In this document: positions 18,189 through 27,625 of the stretch, one piece after another
How positions within the stretch are numbered: the stretch's first letter is position 1
Layout: each line of letters starts with the position of its first letter
Source of the DNA: an uncultured Steroidobacteraceae bacterium
Lineage (GTDB): Bacteria; Pseudomonadota; Gammaproteobacteria; Steroidobacterales; Steroidobacteraceae
Assembly (NCBI GenBank): GCA_964468395.1
Contig: CAYXUJ010000003.1
Coordinates: 18,190-82,189, forward strand
Direction: 5' to 3'
Length of the DNA: 64,000 nucleotides
Notes under the pieces: model-generated
What the model was told of the DNA's origin: nothing
Database searches by the model: none
What the model saw: the letters and a program-made list of their open reading frames with translations, nothing else
Program-made: the position numbers and the translations under genes

Positions 18189-19604
18189 ATGAGCCGCTAC
18201 CGCCGGCTGGCCGAGGATCTGTCCTCGCGGATCCGATCCGGTGTGCTGAGGCCCGGGGACCGGATGCCCTCGGTGCGCAGCGTGAGCCGCGCGCAGCGCG
18301 TCAGTCCGGCAACCGTACAGCAGGCCTACCGCGTGATGGAGGACCGCGGCGAAATCCACACTCGCCCGCGCTCGGGGCATTACGTCAGCGCGCACCTCGG
18401 CGGTCGGCCGCTGCAGGCGCCCGCCGCCTCGCTGCCAGCGACGAGGACCACCACAGTCGACGTCAGGAGTCTCGTATTCGAGCTGCTTGAAGCGGTGAAG
18501 CACCATGACATCGTGCCGCTGGGCTCGGCTTTCCCGTCGCCGGAGTTCTTTCCGCTCCGCAAGCTGGCGCGTGCGCTGCACGCGGCGACCCTCAAGCTGG
18601 ATCCGCGGTCAATCTACGAGCAGTTGCCGCCAGGCAACTCGGAACTTCGGCGCCAGATCGCGCGCCGCTACCTCGAAAGCGGCTGCAGCGTGGATCCGGC
18701 CGAGATCGTAATCACCACTGGCGCGCTGGAGGGGCTCAACCTGTGCCTGCAGGCGGTGACGAAGCCCGGTGACGTGGTGGCGATCGAGTGCCCCACCTTC
18801 TACGTGGTGCTCGAGGCGATCGAGCGCCTGGGCCTCAAGGTGGTGGAAATCCCGACCGATCCGCGCGACGGGTTGAACGTTTCCGCGCTCGCCGAGGCGC
18901 TCGATCGCCACCCGGTCAAGGCGTGCTGGCTGATGACCAACTTCGAGAACCCGCTCGGCTGCCTGATGCCAGACGACAGGAAGCACGCGTTGGTTCAACT
19001 GCTGGAACAACGGGGCGTGCCGCTGATCGAGGACGACGTCTACGGCGAACTTTACTTCGGCAAGGCCCGACCCCGGCCGGCCAAGAGCTACGACCGTACG
19101 GGCGGCGTGATGCACTGTTCCTCGTTCTCGAAGTGCCTCGCGCCCGGCTACCGCGTCGGCTGGGCGGCGCCCGGCCGTCACACCAAGTCCGTCGAGCGCG
19201 CCAAGCTGATGACCACCATCGCGACCAGCGTCCCGGCGCAGGCGGCAATCGCGGAATTCCTCAAGCACGCCGGCTTCAATCATCATCTGCGCAAGCTGCG
19301 CCTCGCGCTGGAGGGCCAGCAGGCGCGCATGCTGCAGGCCATCGCGCGCCACTTTCCCGCCGACACGCAGGTAACCCGTCCCGAGGGCGGCTATTTCCTG
19401 TGGGTGCAGTTGCCGAGGAAGGTAAAAGCGCTGGAGCTGTTCAGGCTCGCCAGCCGCAAGAGGATCAGCATCGCGCCGGGGCCGATCTTCTCCCCGCAGC
19501 GCCACTTCGAGAACTGCATCCGCCTGAATTACGGCATCGCCTGGACGCCAAAGGTCGAGGCCGCGCTCGCCGACGTGGGCGCGATGGCCGGCGCACTCGC
19601 GTAG
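18189..19604 (+). CDS. MocR/GabR-type regulator (GntR wHTH fused to aminotransferase-like PLP domain)
   Basis: About 471 aa. GntR HTH (PSVRSVSRAQRVSPATVQQAYRVMEDRG) plus a fold-type I aminotransferase domain with the SFSKCLAPGYRVGW lysine motif. Confidence 0.85.
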   Translation: MSRYRRLAEDLSSRIRSGVLRPGDRMPSVRSVSRAQRVSPATVQQAYRVMEDRGEIHTRPRSGHYVSAHLGGRPLQAPAASLPATRTTTVDVRSLVFELLEAVKHHDIVPLGSAFPSPEFFPLRKLARALHAATLKLDPRSIYEQLPPGNSELRRQIARRYLESGCSVDPAEIVITTGALEGLNLCLQAVTKPGDVVAIECPTFYVVLEAIERLGLKVVEIPTDPRDGLNVSALAEALDRHPVKACWLMTNFENPLGCLMPDDRKHALVQLLEQRGVPLIEDDVYGELYFGKARPRPAKSYDRTGGVMHCSSFSKCLAPGYRVGWAAPGRHTKSVERAKLMTTIATSVPAQAAIAEFLKHAGFNHHLRKLRLALEGQQARMLQAIARHFPADTQVTRPEGGYFLWVQLPRKVKALELFRLASRKRISIAPGPIFSPQRHFENCIRLNYGIAWTPKVEAALADVGAMAGALA

Positions 19605-19881
19605 CCGCGTCAACCGACGAGGTTGCGGATCAGTACAATCAGACCGACGAGAACGGCGTCCTGCCCGAAGAGTGGCGCGCTGCGCGAACTGCCGCGCCGC
19701 ATAGCTGGTTCGTAAGTGCATCCAAGTCGGCCCGTGAGAAAGCTAACATACGAAGGTTTGTCCATTGCGGCACTTCGTTAGCGTCGTACTCCATTCTCAG
19801 TCGCCAGCCGAGCAGATATTTTCAAAGACCAACCTTTGAGGTTCGGTACGGGTTCGTTTCCAGCCGGGAGCAGAGTCTGCT

Positions 19882-21486
19882 TCAGAATTCGAGGCGCTGA
19901 CTCTCCAGGTACTCGTCGTAGCTGCCGGTGAAGTCGGCGAAGCTGCCGTCAGACTTCAGTTCGATCATGCGGGTGGCGAGGGCACCCACGAACTCACGAT
20001 CATGTGAGACGAAGACCAGCGTGCCCGGATACTTCTCGAGGCCGATCTGGAGCGACTCGATGGTCTCCATGTCCATGTGGTTCGTCGGCTCATCCAGGAG
20101 CATCACGTTCGGTCGTGTCAGCATGAGCTTGCCGTAGATCATGCGTCCTTTCTCGCCGCCGGAGAGCACCTTGACGGACTTCTTCGCCTCGTCTCCCGAA
20201 AACAGGAGCCGGCCGAGAGTCGCGCGCACGATCTGGTCGTCGTCCGCCTTGCCGGTCCACGTGGACATCCATGCGAAGAGATCGGCCCTGGTTTCGAACT
20301 CCCCCTGCGGATCCTGGGGCATGTAGCCGGTCTGGGCATTCTCGACCCAGGTGATGCGGCCGGCGGTCGGCTTCAGCTCGCCTGCGAGACATCGCATCAA
20401 CGTCGTCTTGCCGATGCCGTTCGGGCCGATGATCGCCACCCGCTGCTCTGCCAGGATCGTGAAACTGAGGTTCGTGAAGACGTCGGTGCTGGTCCCGGGA
20501 TAGCGAAACGTCAGGCCTTCGACGGTGACGGCCGAGCGGTGGAGCCTGCGGGCCTGCTCGAAGCGGATGTACGGGTTCTGACGCGACGAAGGGCGGATCT
20601 CCTCGATCTTGATCTTTTCGATCTGCCGCTTTCGCGACGTGGCCTGTCGTGCTTTCGACGCATTCGCGGAGAAGCGCCGAACGAACTCCTGCAGGTCCGA
20701 GATCTGCGCCTTGGCCCTGGCATTGGCAGACTCCACACGCTGGCGGGCCTGCACCGAGGCGAGCATGAAGTCGTCGTAGTTGCCCGGGTACACCTTGAGC
20801 TGCTGGTAGTCGAGGTCCGCGATGTGCGTGCACACCTGGTTGAGGAAGTGCCGGTCGTGGCTGATGATGATCATCGTCGCATCGTGCGAGTTGAGCGCTT
20901 TTTCGAGCCAGCCGATCGAGTGGATGTCGAGATTGTTCGTCGGCTCGTCGAGCAGCAGCACATCGGGGCGCGAATACAGCGCCTGTGCGAGCAGGACGCG
21001 CAATTTGAGGCCGGGGGGCACTTCGCGCATCAGAAGATCGTGCTTCGACTCGTCGATGCCCGCGTCGATCAGGGTGGCTCCCGCGCGGGCTTCGGCCGTG
21101 TAGCCGTCGTACTCGGCGACCTTTGCCTCCAGCTCTGCGGCCCTGAGGTAGTCATGGTCGGTCGCGTTCGGGTCGGCATAGATGCGGTCGCGCTCGTGAA
21201 TCGTGCGCCAGAGTTCGACGTGTCCCTGCAACACGACGTCGAGGACGCGCTGGTCCTCGTAACCGAACTGGTTCTGGCTGAGCTTGCCCATGCGCAGCCC
21301 GGACTGCAGCACCACGTCGCCCGAACTCGGCTCCAGTTCGCCGCCCAGGACCTTCATGAGCGTGGTCTTGCCGCTGCCATTCGCCCCGATGAGGCCGTAG
21401 CGGTTGCCGTCCACGAACTTGACCGAGACGTTCTCGAACAGGGGTTTCGCATCGAACTGGATCGATAGATTGGTCGTGGAGAGCAT
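19882..21486 (-). CDS. ybiT: ABC-F family ATPase, YbiT-like
   Basis: 534 aa, alignable by eye along its full length to E. coli YbiT. Two ABC cassettes are present (GANGSGKTT / LLLDEPTNNLD; GPNGIGKTT / LSGGEKGR / MLLDEPTNHMD). Confidence 0.88.
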   Translation of the reverse strand: MLSTTNLSIQFDAKPLFENVSVKFVDGNRYGLIGANGSGKTTLMKVLGGELEPSSGDVVLQSGLRMGKLSQNQFGYEDQRVLDVVLQGHVELWRTIHERDRIYADPNATDHDYLRAAELEAKVAEYDGYTAEARAGATLIDAGIDESKHDLLMREVPPGLKLRVLLAQALYSRPDVLLLDEPTNNLDIHSIGWLEKALNSHDATMIIISHDRHFLNQVCTHIADLDYQQLKVYPGNYDDFMLASVQARQRVESANARAKAQISDLQEFVRRFSANASKARQATSRKRQIEKIKIEEIRPSSRQNPYIRFEQARRLHRSAVTVEGLTFRYPGTSTDVFTNLSFTILAEQRVAIIGPNGIGKTTLMRCLAGELKPTAGRITWVENAQTGYMPQDPQGEFETRADLFAWMSTWTGKADDDQIVRATLGRLLFSGDEAKKSVKVLSGGEKGRMIYGKLMLTRPNVMLLDEPTNHMDMETIESLQIGLEKYPGTLVFVSHDREFVGALATRMIELKSDGSFADFTGSYDEYLESQRLEF

Positions 21487-21550
21487 GGAGCCCCGGGCGG
21501 CGAGGGAAAGGGTTGGCCGGCGAGTGCCGGGCGCGCAGTCTAGCTGATTA

Positions 21551-21598
21551 CGGACAAGAATCCGCGTGTCGGCGTTTCGATTCCGCCCCTGGGCACCC
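21551..21598 (+). repeat. decayed copy of the tRNA-Phe 3' half (older att-like scar)
   Basis: The sequence CGGACaaGAA-TCCGCGTGTCGGcGtTTCGATTCCGCCCCTGGgCACCc aligns to tRNA positions about 4564-4612. It has identical blocks of 12 and 17 nt, several substitutions and 1 indel. Same strand; no 5' half. Confidence 0.5.
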
Positions 21599-21682
21599 TC
21601 TCAATCCGGTCCGTTCCGATCACCGGGGTAACACCGTCGAAGCTTGCGCCCCTTCCGCGAGTCGATTGCTAGTATTGACCGC

Positions 21683-22528
21683 ATGAAACTCCCGCGACTG
21701 CGGACGCTCCTGCTGGCGCCGCTGCTGCTCTTCGCACTCCTTTACGTCGCCGCCGCGATTTCGCTGGCGCTGACGAAGGATGCGGTCGAGCCGGCGGAAG
21801 CGCCGCTGGCCAGGCACGCGACCATCGCGATATTCGGCGCCAGCGGGACGGCCGGGGACGGCATCCTCAAGGCGGCACTGGCGTCGCCCGGCATCCGGAA
21901 GATTCATGTCGTGACTCGTCGCGCAACGCCGCGCATCGAGGAGGGTGTCGCGACTGGCAAGGTGCAGATGACCTTGCACGCCGATTATCTGGACTACTCG
22001 GCCGTGCACCCGCAGATCGCGGAGGCGGATGCAGTCTTCTGGGCGATCGGCACAAGCTCGGTGGGCGTCGACGAGCAGACTTACGGCCTGATCCACGTGG
22101 ACTTCCCGGCACGCTTCGTCGGCGAATGGCTGCGCGTCAACGACAAGCCTGACATCTGCTTTCACTACATCAGCTCCAGCGACATCTCCGAGGACTCGAA
22201 GATGATGTGGGCGCGCGAGAAAGTGCGTGCCGAGAAGACGCTGTTGGCTCTCGCCGAGGACTCGAAACTGCGCGTCATCTTCTACCGGCCCGACTACATC
22301 GGTCCCACGGCGGAGGAGGCGCACCTCGGCCAGGATCTTTTGTACTGGTTTTTCGCACCCGTGGGTGCGGCCGTGAAGGCGACGCAGATTGGCCAGGCGA
22401 TGATCGAAGTGACCGCGCGAGGCGAGGAGTTCCGCAATGGCGACTCGCTGAGTACGAGGAAGATCATCAGATACAGCGACGCCTACGAGCGTCGGTCAGG
22501 CAATCCGGTTGCCGGGTCGGCGGATTGA
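21683..22528 (+). CDS. NAD(P)-binding (Rossmann, atypical SDR/NmrA-like) protein with N-terminal membrane anchor
   Basis: About 281 aa from the ATG at 21683. Hydrophobic N-terminus (LLLAPLLLFALLYVAAAI) followed by the glycine-rich dinucleotide motif IAIFGASGTAGDGILKAAL. Confidence 0.55.
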   Translation: MKLPRLRTLLLAPLLLFALLYVAAAISLALTKDAVEPAEAPLARHATIAIFGASGTAGDGILKAALASPGIRKIHVVTRRATPRIEEGVATGKVQMTLHADYLDYSAVHPQIAEADAVFWAIGTSSVGVDEQTYGLIHVDFPARFVGEWLRVNDKPDICFHYISSSDISEDSKMMWAREKVRAEKTLLALAEDSKLRVIFYRPDYIGPTAEEAHLGQDLLYWFFAPVGAAVKATQIGQAMIEVTARGEEFRNGDSLSTRKIIRYSDAYERRSGNPVAGSAD

Positions 22529-22544
22529 GAATCCGCGCGACGCG

Positions 22545-23330
22545 CTACCGCTCGAGCTGCTTCTCGATCAGCACGACGGAACGGTCCAGCGATTCGAGCA
22601 GGTCCTGCAGGTCGGCCGCCGAGAACTCGGCATAGAACTTGCGCATCGCCAGTGCGCCGGTGAGTTCCATCGATGCCGCGACCTGCGCCTGCTCGTTTGC
22701 GACGCTGCTCATCTCCGTCTCGACCCTGCGGCCCGAAAAATGGGCGTCGCCCCCGGACCAGGCGAGCAGCCCCTCGAAGTAGGGCCGCAGATTCAGCGAC
22801 TGCGACAGCAGGGGCACGATCTGCTCGTTGGTGATTCTGCGGACCTCGATCTCGTCCTCGTTGGCATCGTTCAGCAGCCGGCGCCAGGTGGCGAGCTCGG
22901 ACCGCAGTTCGGCGTTCGTGAGCAGGGCGATGGCGCCGCTCGCGACCGCGGCGTCGAGGGCGTTCGTGGCGGGTTCATAGGTCGGGCCCCCGAGCGTCGC
23001 GAAGATCAAGGCATGCGGCACCGCGACGACGTCCGGCTTGACGTGGGAGCCGAGGAGGTCGAGCAGCCCGCCCGTTCCCTCGGCCATCCTGCGCGCAAGG
23101 GTCACGCGGCTTTCGAGGCCCGGGCGGTTCGCGTGGAAATCGTCCTGCAACTCCACCAGCAGGTCCCGTTCGCGGTTGCGCTCCTGGCGCGCGTCCCACC
23201 ACGCATCGATGGCGAACGCGAGCAGGATCGACAGCACCAGGATCAGGACCTGGACGAGCAGGCGCAGCGTCACGATGCGCCGCAGGAAGCGCTTGATCGT
23301 GGCCTGGACCATCTCGCCGCGCAGTTTCAT
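22545..23330 (-). CDS. membrane-anchored helical protein, DUF6090-like architecture (function unknown)
   Basis: 261 aa. Basic N-terminus plus one TM segment (FLRRIVTLRLLVQVLILVLSILLAFAIDAWWDARQER), then a helical domain. The resemblance to DUF6090 is from memory of the N-terminal pattern only. Confidence 0.5.
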   Translation of the reverse strand: MKLRGEMVQATIKRFLRRIVTLRLLVQVLILVLSILLAFAIDAWWDARQERNRERDLLVELQDDFHANRPGLESRVTLARRMAEGTGGLLDLLGSHVKPDVVAVPHALIFATLGGPTYEPATNALDAAVASGAIALLTNAELRSELATWRRLLNDANEDEIEVRRITNEQIVPLLSQSLNLRPYFEGLLAWSGGDAHFSGRRVETEMSSVANEQAQVAASMELTGALAMRKFYAEFSAADLQDLLESLDRSVVLIEKQLER

Positions 23331-23452
23331 GGACGCGATCCTACAGAAAATCGGCGATTCCGTGGATCAATTCAGCCGGCGACCACCGGTTCTATCAGCC
23401 GCGAATCCTGATCCTCAAGGTACGAACTGTCCGACATCGCCGCTGCATTTGC

Positions 23453-25294
23453 TCAGCCGATGGTGCACCTGTCACCTGCCGCAAATGACTTGCGGCGCAT
23501 GGCTGCGATGTGCAGCAGCGTATCGACGGCGTCCGACAGGGGCCTTGCGCCATAGGGATCGTCGTCATGGCCGGTCCCGAACGCGCTCGGGGTCAGAACC
23601 GCGCCTACGCACTCTGTAGGTTGCGTTCCGCGAACGTAGCCAATCTGCTCCGGGGTCATTGTGTCGAACCGCTCGTTCAGCGTCGCAGCGGCGGCTTCGA
23701 GATCCGCCAGTGCCTGCTGGATATGCAGCGTCTCATCGATTCGTGCCCCGTAGTAGACGTTGGTCCGCCGAACGAACTGCTCGCGCAAGGCGATGATGCG
23801 GGCTTCATGTGGCCTGAGGACATTCAGCAAGAGCCGGCTGAATTCCTGACCTTGGTCATGTGGCACCGCAAACTCCGCGTGCATGCCATGTCCTGACCAG
23901 CCGCCGATCCCGAGTCCATAGCTGACAAGGCGAGGCAACTCTCCGGATTTCAGCAGGCGAATGGCAATAGCCGGCGCCCGCATGCGGCTGCTGGGCGAAG
24001 GAAGCGCCAGCGAAAGCTCCTTCATGAATTCGACGTACTGTGACTCGGTGACCAGCGGGCAGCCGTCGGGCCCGCGCTCAGTTTGGCGCCGCGGCGAGTC
24101 GTCCGCCGGGGCGTTAGGGGAAACGACGTAGATTCCGTGTCGTTGCAGCCGCTGATCGTATTCTGTCGCATGCGGCGAAGCATCGCTCAGGCACGCCGAG
24201 CGACCCAGCTCGAGCGAAGCAGCATCACGCTCAACTGACACCAAGGAGTATTGCGACGGGAATTCGCCTTTCGCAACCAGCAGCAGCCTTCCGTCATTCG
24301 TCATGATCCCGCTCTCGAACGTCCGCAATACGGGGTCCTGTGTGAATCGTCGACGCCACGCGAATGAACCGTCTGCATTCATCATCGCGGCGTAGCTCTG
24401 TCCGAGCATCGGCCCGACAAGCAGCAGGCCGTCTTCCGTGGGTGCGGCAAAGTTGGCTGGTGGGAATTCGACGCCCGGCAGCATCTGGCCGGTAGTTGCA
24501 TCGAAACGGTAAGGAGAAAGGCGAGCGGTCGCCGCCGCCACGATGAAGCCGGGTGGCACGTATTTGACGTCGCCGGTGATTCGCTCGGGAACCACGGTAT
24601 TCCATCGTTCGGCGCCGTCACGCCCGATCGCGCGAAGAACGAACCGGGTGACCGGCTGGTAATACTGCTGTTCGAGCACTACGCCGTCGTCTGTTGCCGT
24701 TACGGAGCCCCAGTCAAGCAGTCGGAAGGACCGGCTCCACACCGGCTGAAACTCCGCATCGAACCGGGTGATGCGGGACCGCTGGTCCGCCTCAGATTCG
24801 ACATCGATGACGTAGAGCTCGTCACGATCGAGCCCACCCACGATTTCGATTGCCCCTTCCCGCCGGTCCAGCACGACCGGTTCGGCTGTGGCGTGGCTGA
24901 GATCGTGGTAAACGAGTTCCGAACGGCCGGGAATGTAGCGTCCGCACGGTGGATTACATTGCGGACTCGTGTAGTAGTGACGGGCGACGAATCCGTTGCG
25001 GTAAGGAGTGACCGCTGTCGATTCGGTCTGCGGGAAGTCGATTCGTTGCAGGACCATGCCGCGGGAATCGAGCACATAGAGTGATGACCAGATGCGCGCC
25101 GGTTCCTCGTCGGAAATTCCCGACAGGCGCATGAGGACCTTGCCGTCGGCAGCCGCCATCAGCCCGGAGTTGCCGGTGATCACGTTCCTGCCCTGGGAGT
25201 CGAACGGTGTCACGATCAGCTGGCTTTCCGCGCGCACGGTCGCGAGCAGCAACAGGAAACACGCCGCGCCGGATTTGACCGAAGGTCGCGCCAT
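23453..25294 (-). CDS. large secreted protein of unknown function
   Basis: 613 aa. Signal peptide (AACFLLLLATVRAES). The N-terminal 350 aa or so are beta-rich (propeller-like impression). The C-terminal 230 aa or so match no family I recognise. Confidence 0.6.
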   Translation of the reverse strand: MARPSVKSGAACFLLLLATVRAESQLIVTPFDSQGRNVITGNSGLMAAADGKVLMRLSGISDEEPARIWSSLYVLDSRGMVLQRIDFPQTESTAVTPYRNGFVARHYYTSPQCNPPCGRYIPGRSELVYHDLSHATAEPVVLDRREGAIEIVGGLDRDELYVIDVESEADQRSRITRFDAEFQPVWSRSFRLLDWGSVTATDDGVVLEQQYYQPVTRFVLRAIGRDGAERWNTVVPERITGDVKYVPPGFIVAAATARLSPYRFDATTGQMLPGVEFPPANFAAPTEDGLLLVGPMLGQSYAAMMNADGSFAWRRRFTQDPVLRTFESGIMTNDGRLLLVAKGEFPSQYSLVSVERDAASLELGRSACLSDASPHATEYDQRLQRHGIYVVSPNAPADDSPRRQTERGPDGCPLVTESQYVEFMKELSLALPSPSSRMRAPAIAIRLLKSGELPRLVSYGLGIGGWSGHGMHAEFAVPHDQGQEFSRLLLNVLRPHEARIIALREQFVRRTNVYYGARIDETLHIQQALADLEAAAATLNERFDTMTPEQIGYVRGTQPTECVGAVLTPSAFGTGHDDDPYGARPLSDAVDTLLHIAAMRRKSFAAGDRCTIG

Positions 25295-25461
25295 GGCCCT
25301 AGGTTACAGCGTCTACCGGCACTGTCTCATCGCCGCCCCGGGCCGCCCCAGGCCACGAATTCCGTCAAATCCGTCCCGCCGGTCCGCACACTGCGGCCTC
25401 CGTCACATTGTGACCGGCCATGGCCTGCCAACATTCTGTCGCCAACCGCGAGGTCGGGACC

Positions 25462-26355
25462 ATGGCGTTCGTAATCGTTTCCGCTGCCAACCTGGCGAGT
25501 TCCAAGCCGCGCACGCTGGCGATGCGCCCCTTGGCCGCCGTCGCGGGCGTGCTGGCGCTGGCCGGAATACTCGGCGGATTCGCCCTCGGTTACCAGGCCG
25601 GCCACGCGGCCGGCGGCCGCGGCGAAGGCGGCCTGGCTTACCTGGATGCCAACCGCCCCGGCGGCCAGGCACTGATCCGCGAGATCGGCAGCCTGTCCGG
25701 GCGCGTCATGCGGCTGGAGGCCGTCTCCGACCGCCTGGCGACCCGCATCGGCGCCGCGCGACCCTCGGCCGCGGCCCGTTCGCGGAGTGCCGATGCCGGC
25801 GCCCCGGCGGGCGGCCCGCTGATCTCGACTCGCATGGACGAGGGATTCCAGGGCGGCGCGACCCTGTTCCAACTCAACCTCGGCCTGGACGAGATCGAGG
25901 CGCGCCTTGACGCAGTCGCCTCGACGGTCGCGCGGCGCGACCTCGACGGGATGGCGTTCCCGAGTCGCTCGCCGATCCCGGGCGTGGCCGTGTCATCCGG
26001 ATTCGGCCCGCGCATCGACCCATTCACGCGCCGGCCCGCAAGGCATGCCGGTTTCGATTACACCGCGCCGCACGGCACCGCCGTGCTGGCGAGCGCCGGC
26101 GGGCGAGTGCGCCGCGCGGGCCCGTATGGCGCGTATGGCCGCACGATCGAGATCGACCACGGCGACGGTCTCGTGACCCGCTATGGCCATGTGTACCGGA
26201 CGCTGGTGAAGGTCGGCGACATCGTGCTGCCCGGCCAGGCCGTCGCGACCGTCGGCTCGACCGGCCGCTCCACCGGCCCGCACCTGCACTTCGAGATCCT
26301 GCGCGACGGGCGGCAGATCCACCCGGACCTGTACCTCGCAGGCGAGAACCCCTGA
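25462..26355 (+). CDS. M23 family metallopeptidase, bitopic with coiled-coil linker (LmdC-like architecture)
   Basis: About 297 aa; an ATG at 25420 is an alternative start. TM segment (LAAVAGVLALAGILGGFALG), a coiled-coil stretch, and a LytM domain with intact metal ligands (HAGFD...HLHFE). Confidence 0.85.
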   Translation: MAFVIVSAANLASSKPRTLAMRPLAAVAGVLALAGILGGFALGYQAGHAAGGRGEGGLAYLDANRPGGQALIREIGSLSGRVMRLEAVSDRLATRIGAARPSAAARSRSADAGAPAGGPLISTRMDEGFQGGATLFQLNLGLDEIEARLDAVASTVARRDLDGMAFPSRSPIPGVAVSSGFGPRIDPFTRRPARHAGFDYTAPHGTAVLASAGGRVRRAGPYGAYGRTIEIDHGDGLVTRYGHVYRTLVKVGDIVLPGQAVATVGSTGRSTGPHLHFEILRDGRQIHPDLYLAGENP

Positions 26356-26368
26356 CGCCCGCCGAGCG

Positions 26369-26731
26369 ATGAACCGCTTCATCGACACCGCCTGGCTGAC
26401 ACACGCGGACTTCAGGCCCACGGCGCCGCACCAGGACCGCCGCCGGCGGCAGATCGCCATCGGCGCGCTGGTCGCGGTGCTGATCGTCGGCGCCGGCCAC
26501 GGCTTTGCGGGCGACCTGTTCGCGAAGGCGAGCGACCTCGCGGCGCTGCGTGCGCAGCGCGACTCGCTCATCGCCGAGTCGCAGCGGCTGCGCACGGAGC
26601 TGGCCGTCGAGAGCGCCAAGCGTTACGAGCTCGAGCGGCACGCTGCCGACCTCAACACGCAGGTGGAAGAACTGAAAGGACAGGTGGAGTTCCTGAAGGC
26701 GCGCGGGGCGCGCGCCAGGATCCCCGAGTAA
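26369..26731 (+). CDS. small TM plus coiled-coil protein (unknown function)
   Basis: 120 aa. TM segment (IAIGALVAVLIVGAG) followed by a heptad-like region (LRAQRDSLIAESQRLRTELAVESAKRYELERHAADLNTQVEELKGQVEFLK). Lies between the M23 and bactofilin genes with 13-nt and 28-nt gaps. Confidence 0.6.
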   Translation: MNRFIDTAWLTHADFRPTAPHQDRRRRQIAIGALVAVLIVGAGHGFAGDLFAKASDLAALRAQRDSLIAESQRLRTELAVESAKRYELERHAADLNTQVEELKGQVEFLKARGARARIPE

Positions 26732-26759
26732 CATCACGCCGAAGTCCGAGGACTGACCC

Positions 26760-27194
26760 ATGTTTCGCAGGAAAAACACGATGGCCATCGACGCCAGCCG
26801 GCTGGCGGGACTGCTCGCGCACGACACCAGCGTCCGCGGCGACGTGACGTTCGCCGGCGGGCTCAGGATCGACGGCCGGGTCGAGGGCAACGTCGTCGGC
26901 AAGCCCGACGACCGGGGCCTGCTGGTGCTGAGCGAAAAGGGCGTCATCGTCGGCACCGTCAAGGTGCACGACGCCGTCATCAACGGCCGCATCGAGGGCG
27001 ACCTCGAAGTCGGGCATTTCCTCGAGTTGCAGGCCGGCGCGCGCGTGACCGGCAACATCAGCTACCGGACGATGAAGCTCGACTGCGGCGCCACGGTGGA
27101 CGGCAAGCTGGTGCGCGTCGGCGACGATCCGGCGGCCGCGGCGGATGGCGGCGCCTCGTCAACGAAGGTCCTCGCGTTCTCGAAGTCGTCCTGA
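26760..27194 (+). CDS. bactofilin family cytoskeletal protein
   Basis: 144 aa with a GAGGA SD-like site. DUF583 beta-helix repeats are present (SVRGDVTFAGGLRIDGRVEGNVVG...GVIVGTVKVHDAVINGRIEGDLEV..LELQAGARVTGNISYRTMKLDCGATVDGKL). Confidence 0.88.
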   Translation: MFRRKNTMAIDASRLAGLLAHDTSVRGDVTFAGGLRIDGRVEGNVVGKPDDRGLLVLSEKGVIVGTVKVHDAVINGRIEGDLEVGHFLELQAGARVTGNISYRTMKLDCGATVDGKLVRVGDDPAAAADGGASSTKVLAFSKSS

Positions 27195-27203
27195 CCGGTC
27201 CGG

Positions 27204-27575
27204 TCAGCAGTCCCCGCCGCAGACGCAGACGTTGGAGCAGGTCGACCGCATCCGGTCGACGTCGCCCTTGGTCTCCTCCAGCGCCAGGATGTAATTGCGC
27301 ATCCCGTCCTCGTCGAGGCACTTTTCCGTCTTGAAGCGCGTGCCGATCGGCGTTTCTTTCTTGCAGTAGAGCGTGTACTTGCCGCGCTGGACCTTCTTGA
27401 AGCCCGGCGGCAGCTTCAGTTCCTGATCGTCGCTCTTCGCCGTCGTTTCCGCAGTCGCCTCGGGCTTCGCATCGGCCGGGCTCGCCGTCGCCGGCTCGTT
27501 GGCAATCAGGCCGGCGTACGCCGAGGCTGCGCCCAGCGCCATGACCGCCGCCAGCAGGATTCCCGAGGTTTTCAT
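27204..27575 (-). CDS. small secreted protein with Cys-rich C-terminal tail (unknown function)
   Basis: 123 aa from the ATG at 27575. Signal peptide (ILLAAVMALGAASAYA), a low-complexity linker, a basic domain with 2 Cys, and the C-terminus STCSNVCVCGGDC. It is the 3' part of a spurious 508-aa ORF in the track. Confidence 0.55.
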   Translation of the reverse strand: MKTSGILLAAVMALGAASAYAGLIANEPATASPADAKPEATAETTAKSDDQELKLPPGFKKVQRGKYTLYCKKETPIGTRFKTEKCLDEDGMRNYILALEETKGDVDRMRSTCSNVCVCGGDC

Positions 27576-27625
27576 GCGCCTGTGCCGCGAGTCTATCGCC
27601 GGGGCAGGGATGGCGCCACCCGGCG

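Noticed and set aside
4613-25300. Integrase, excisionase, transposase, phage or conjugation genes expected next to the tRNA scars
   Set aside because: I read all ORFs of 60 aa or more on both strands in this interval. None shows the R..H..R..Y tyrosine recombinase pattern, serine recombinase motifs or DDE motifs. I may have missed short pseudogene fragments, which need tblastn to detect.
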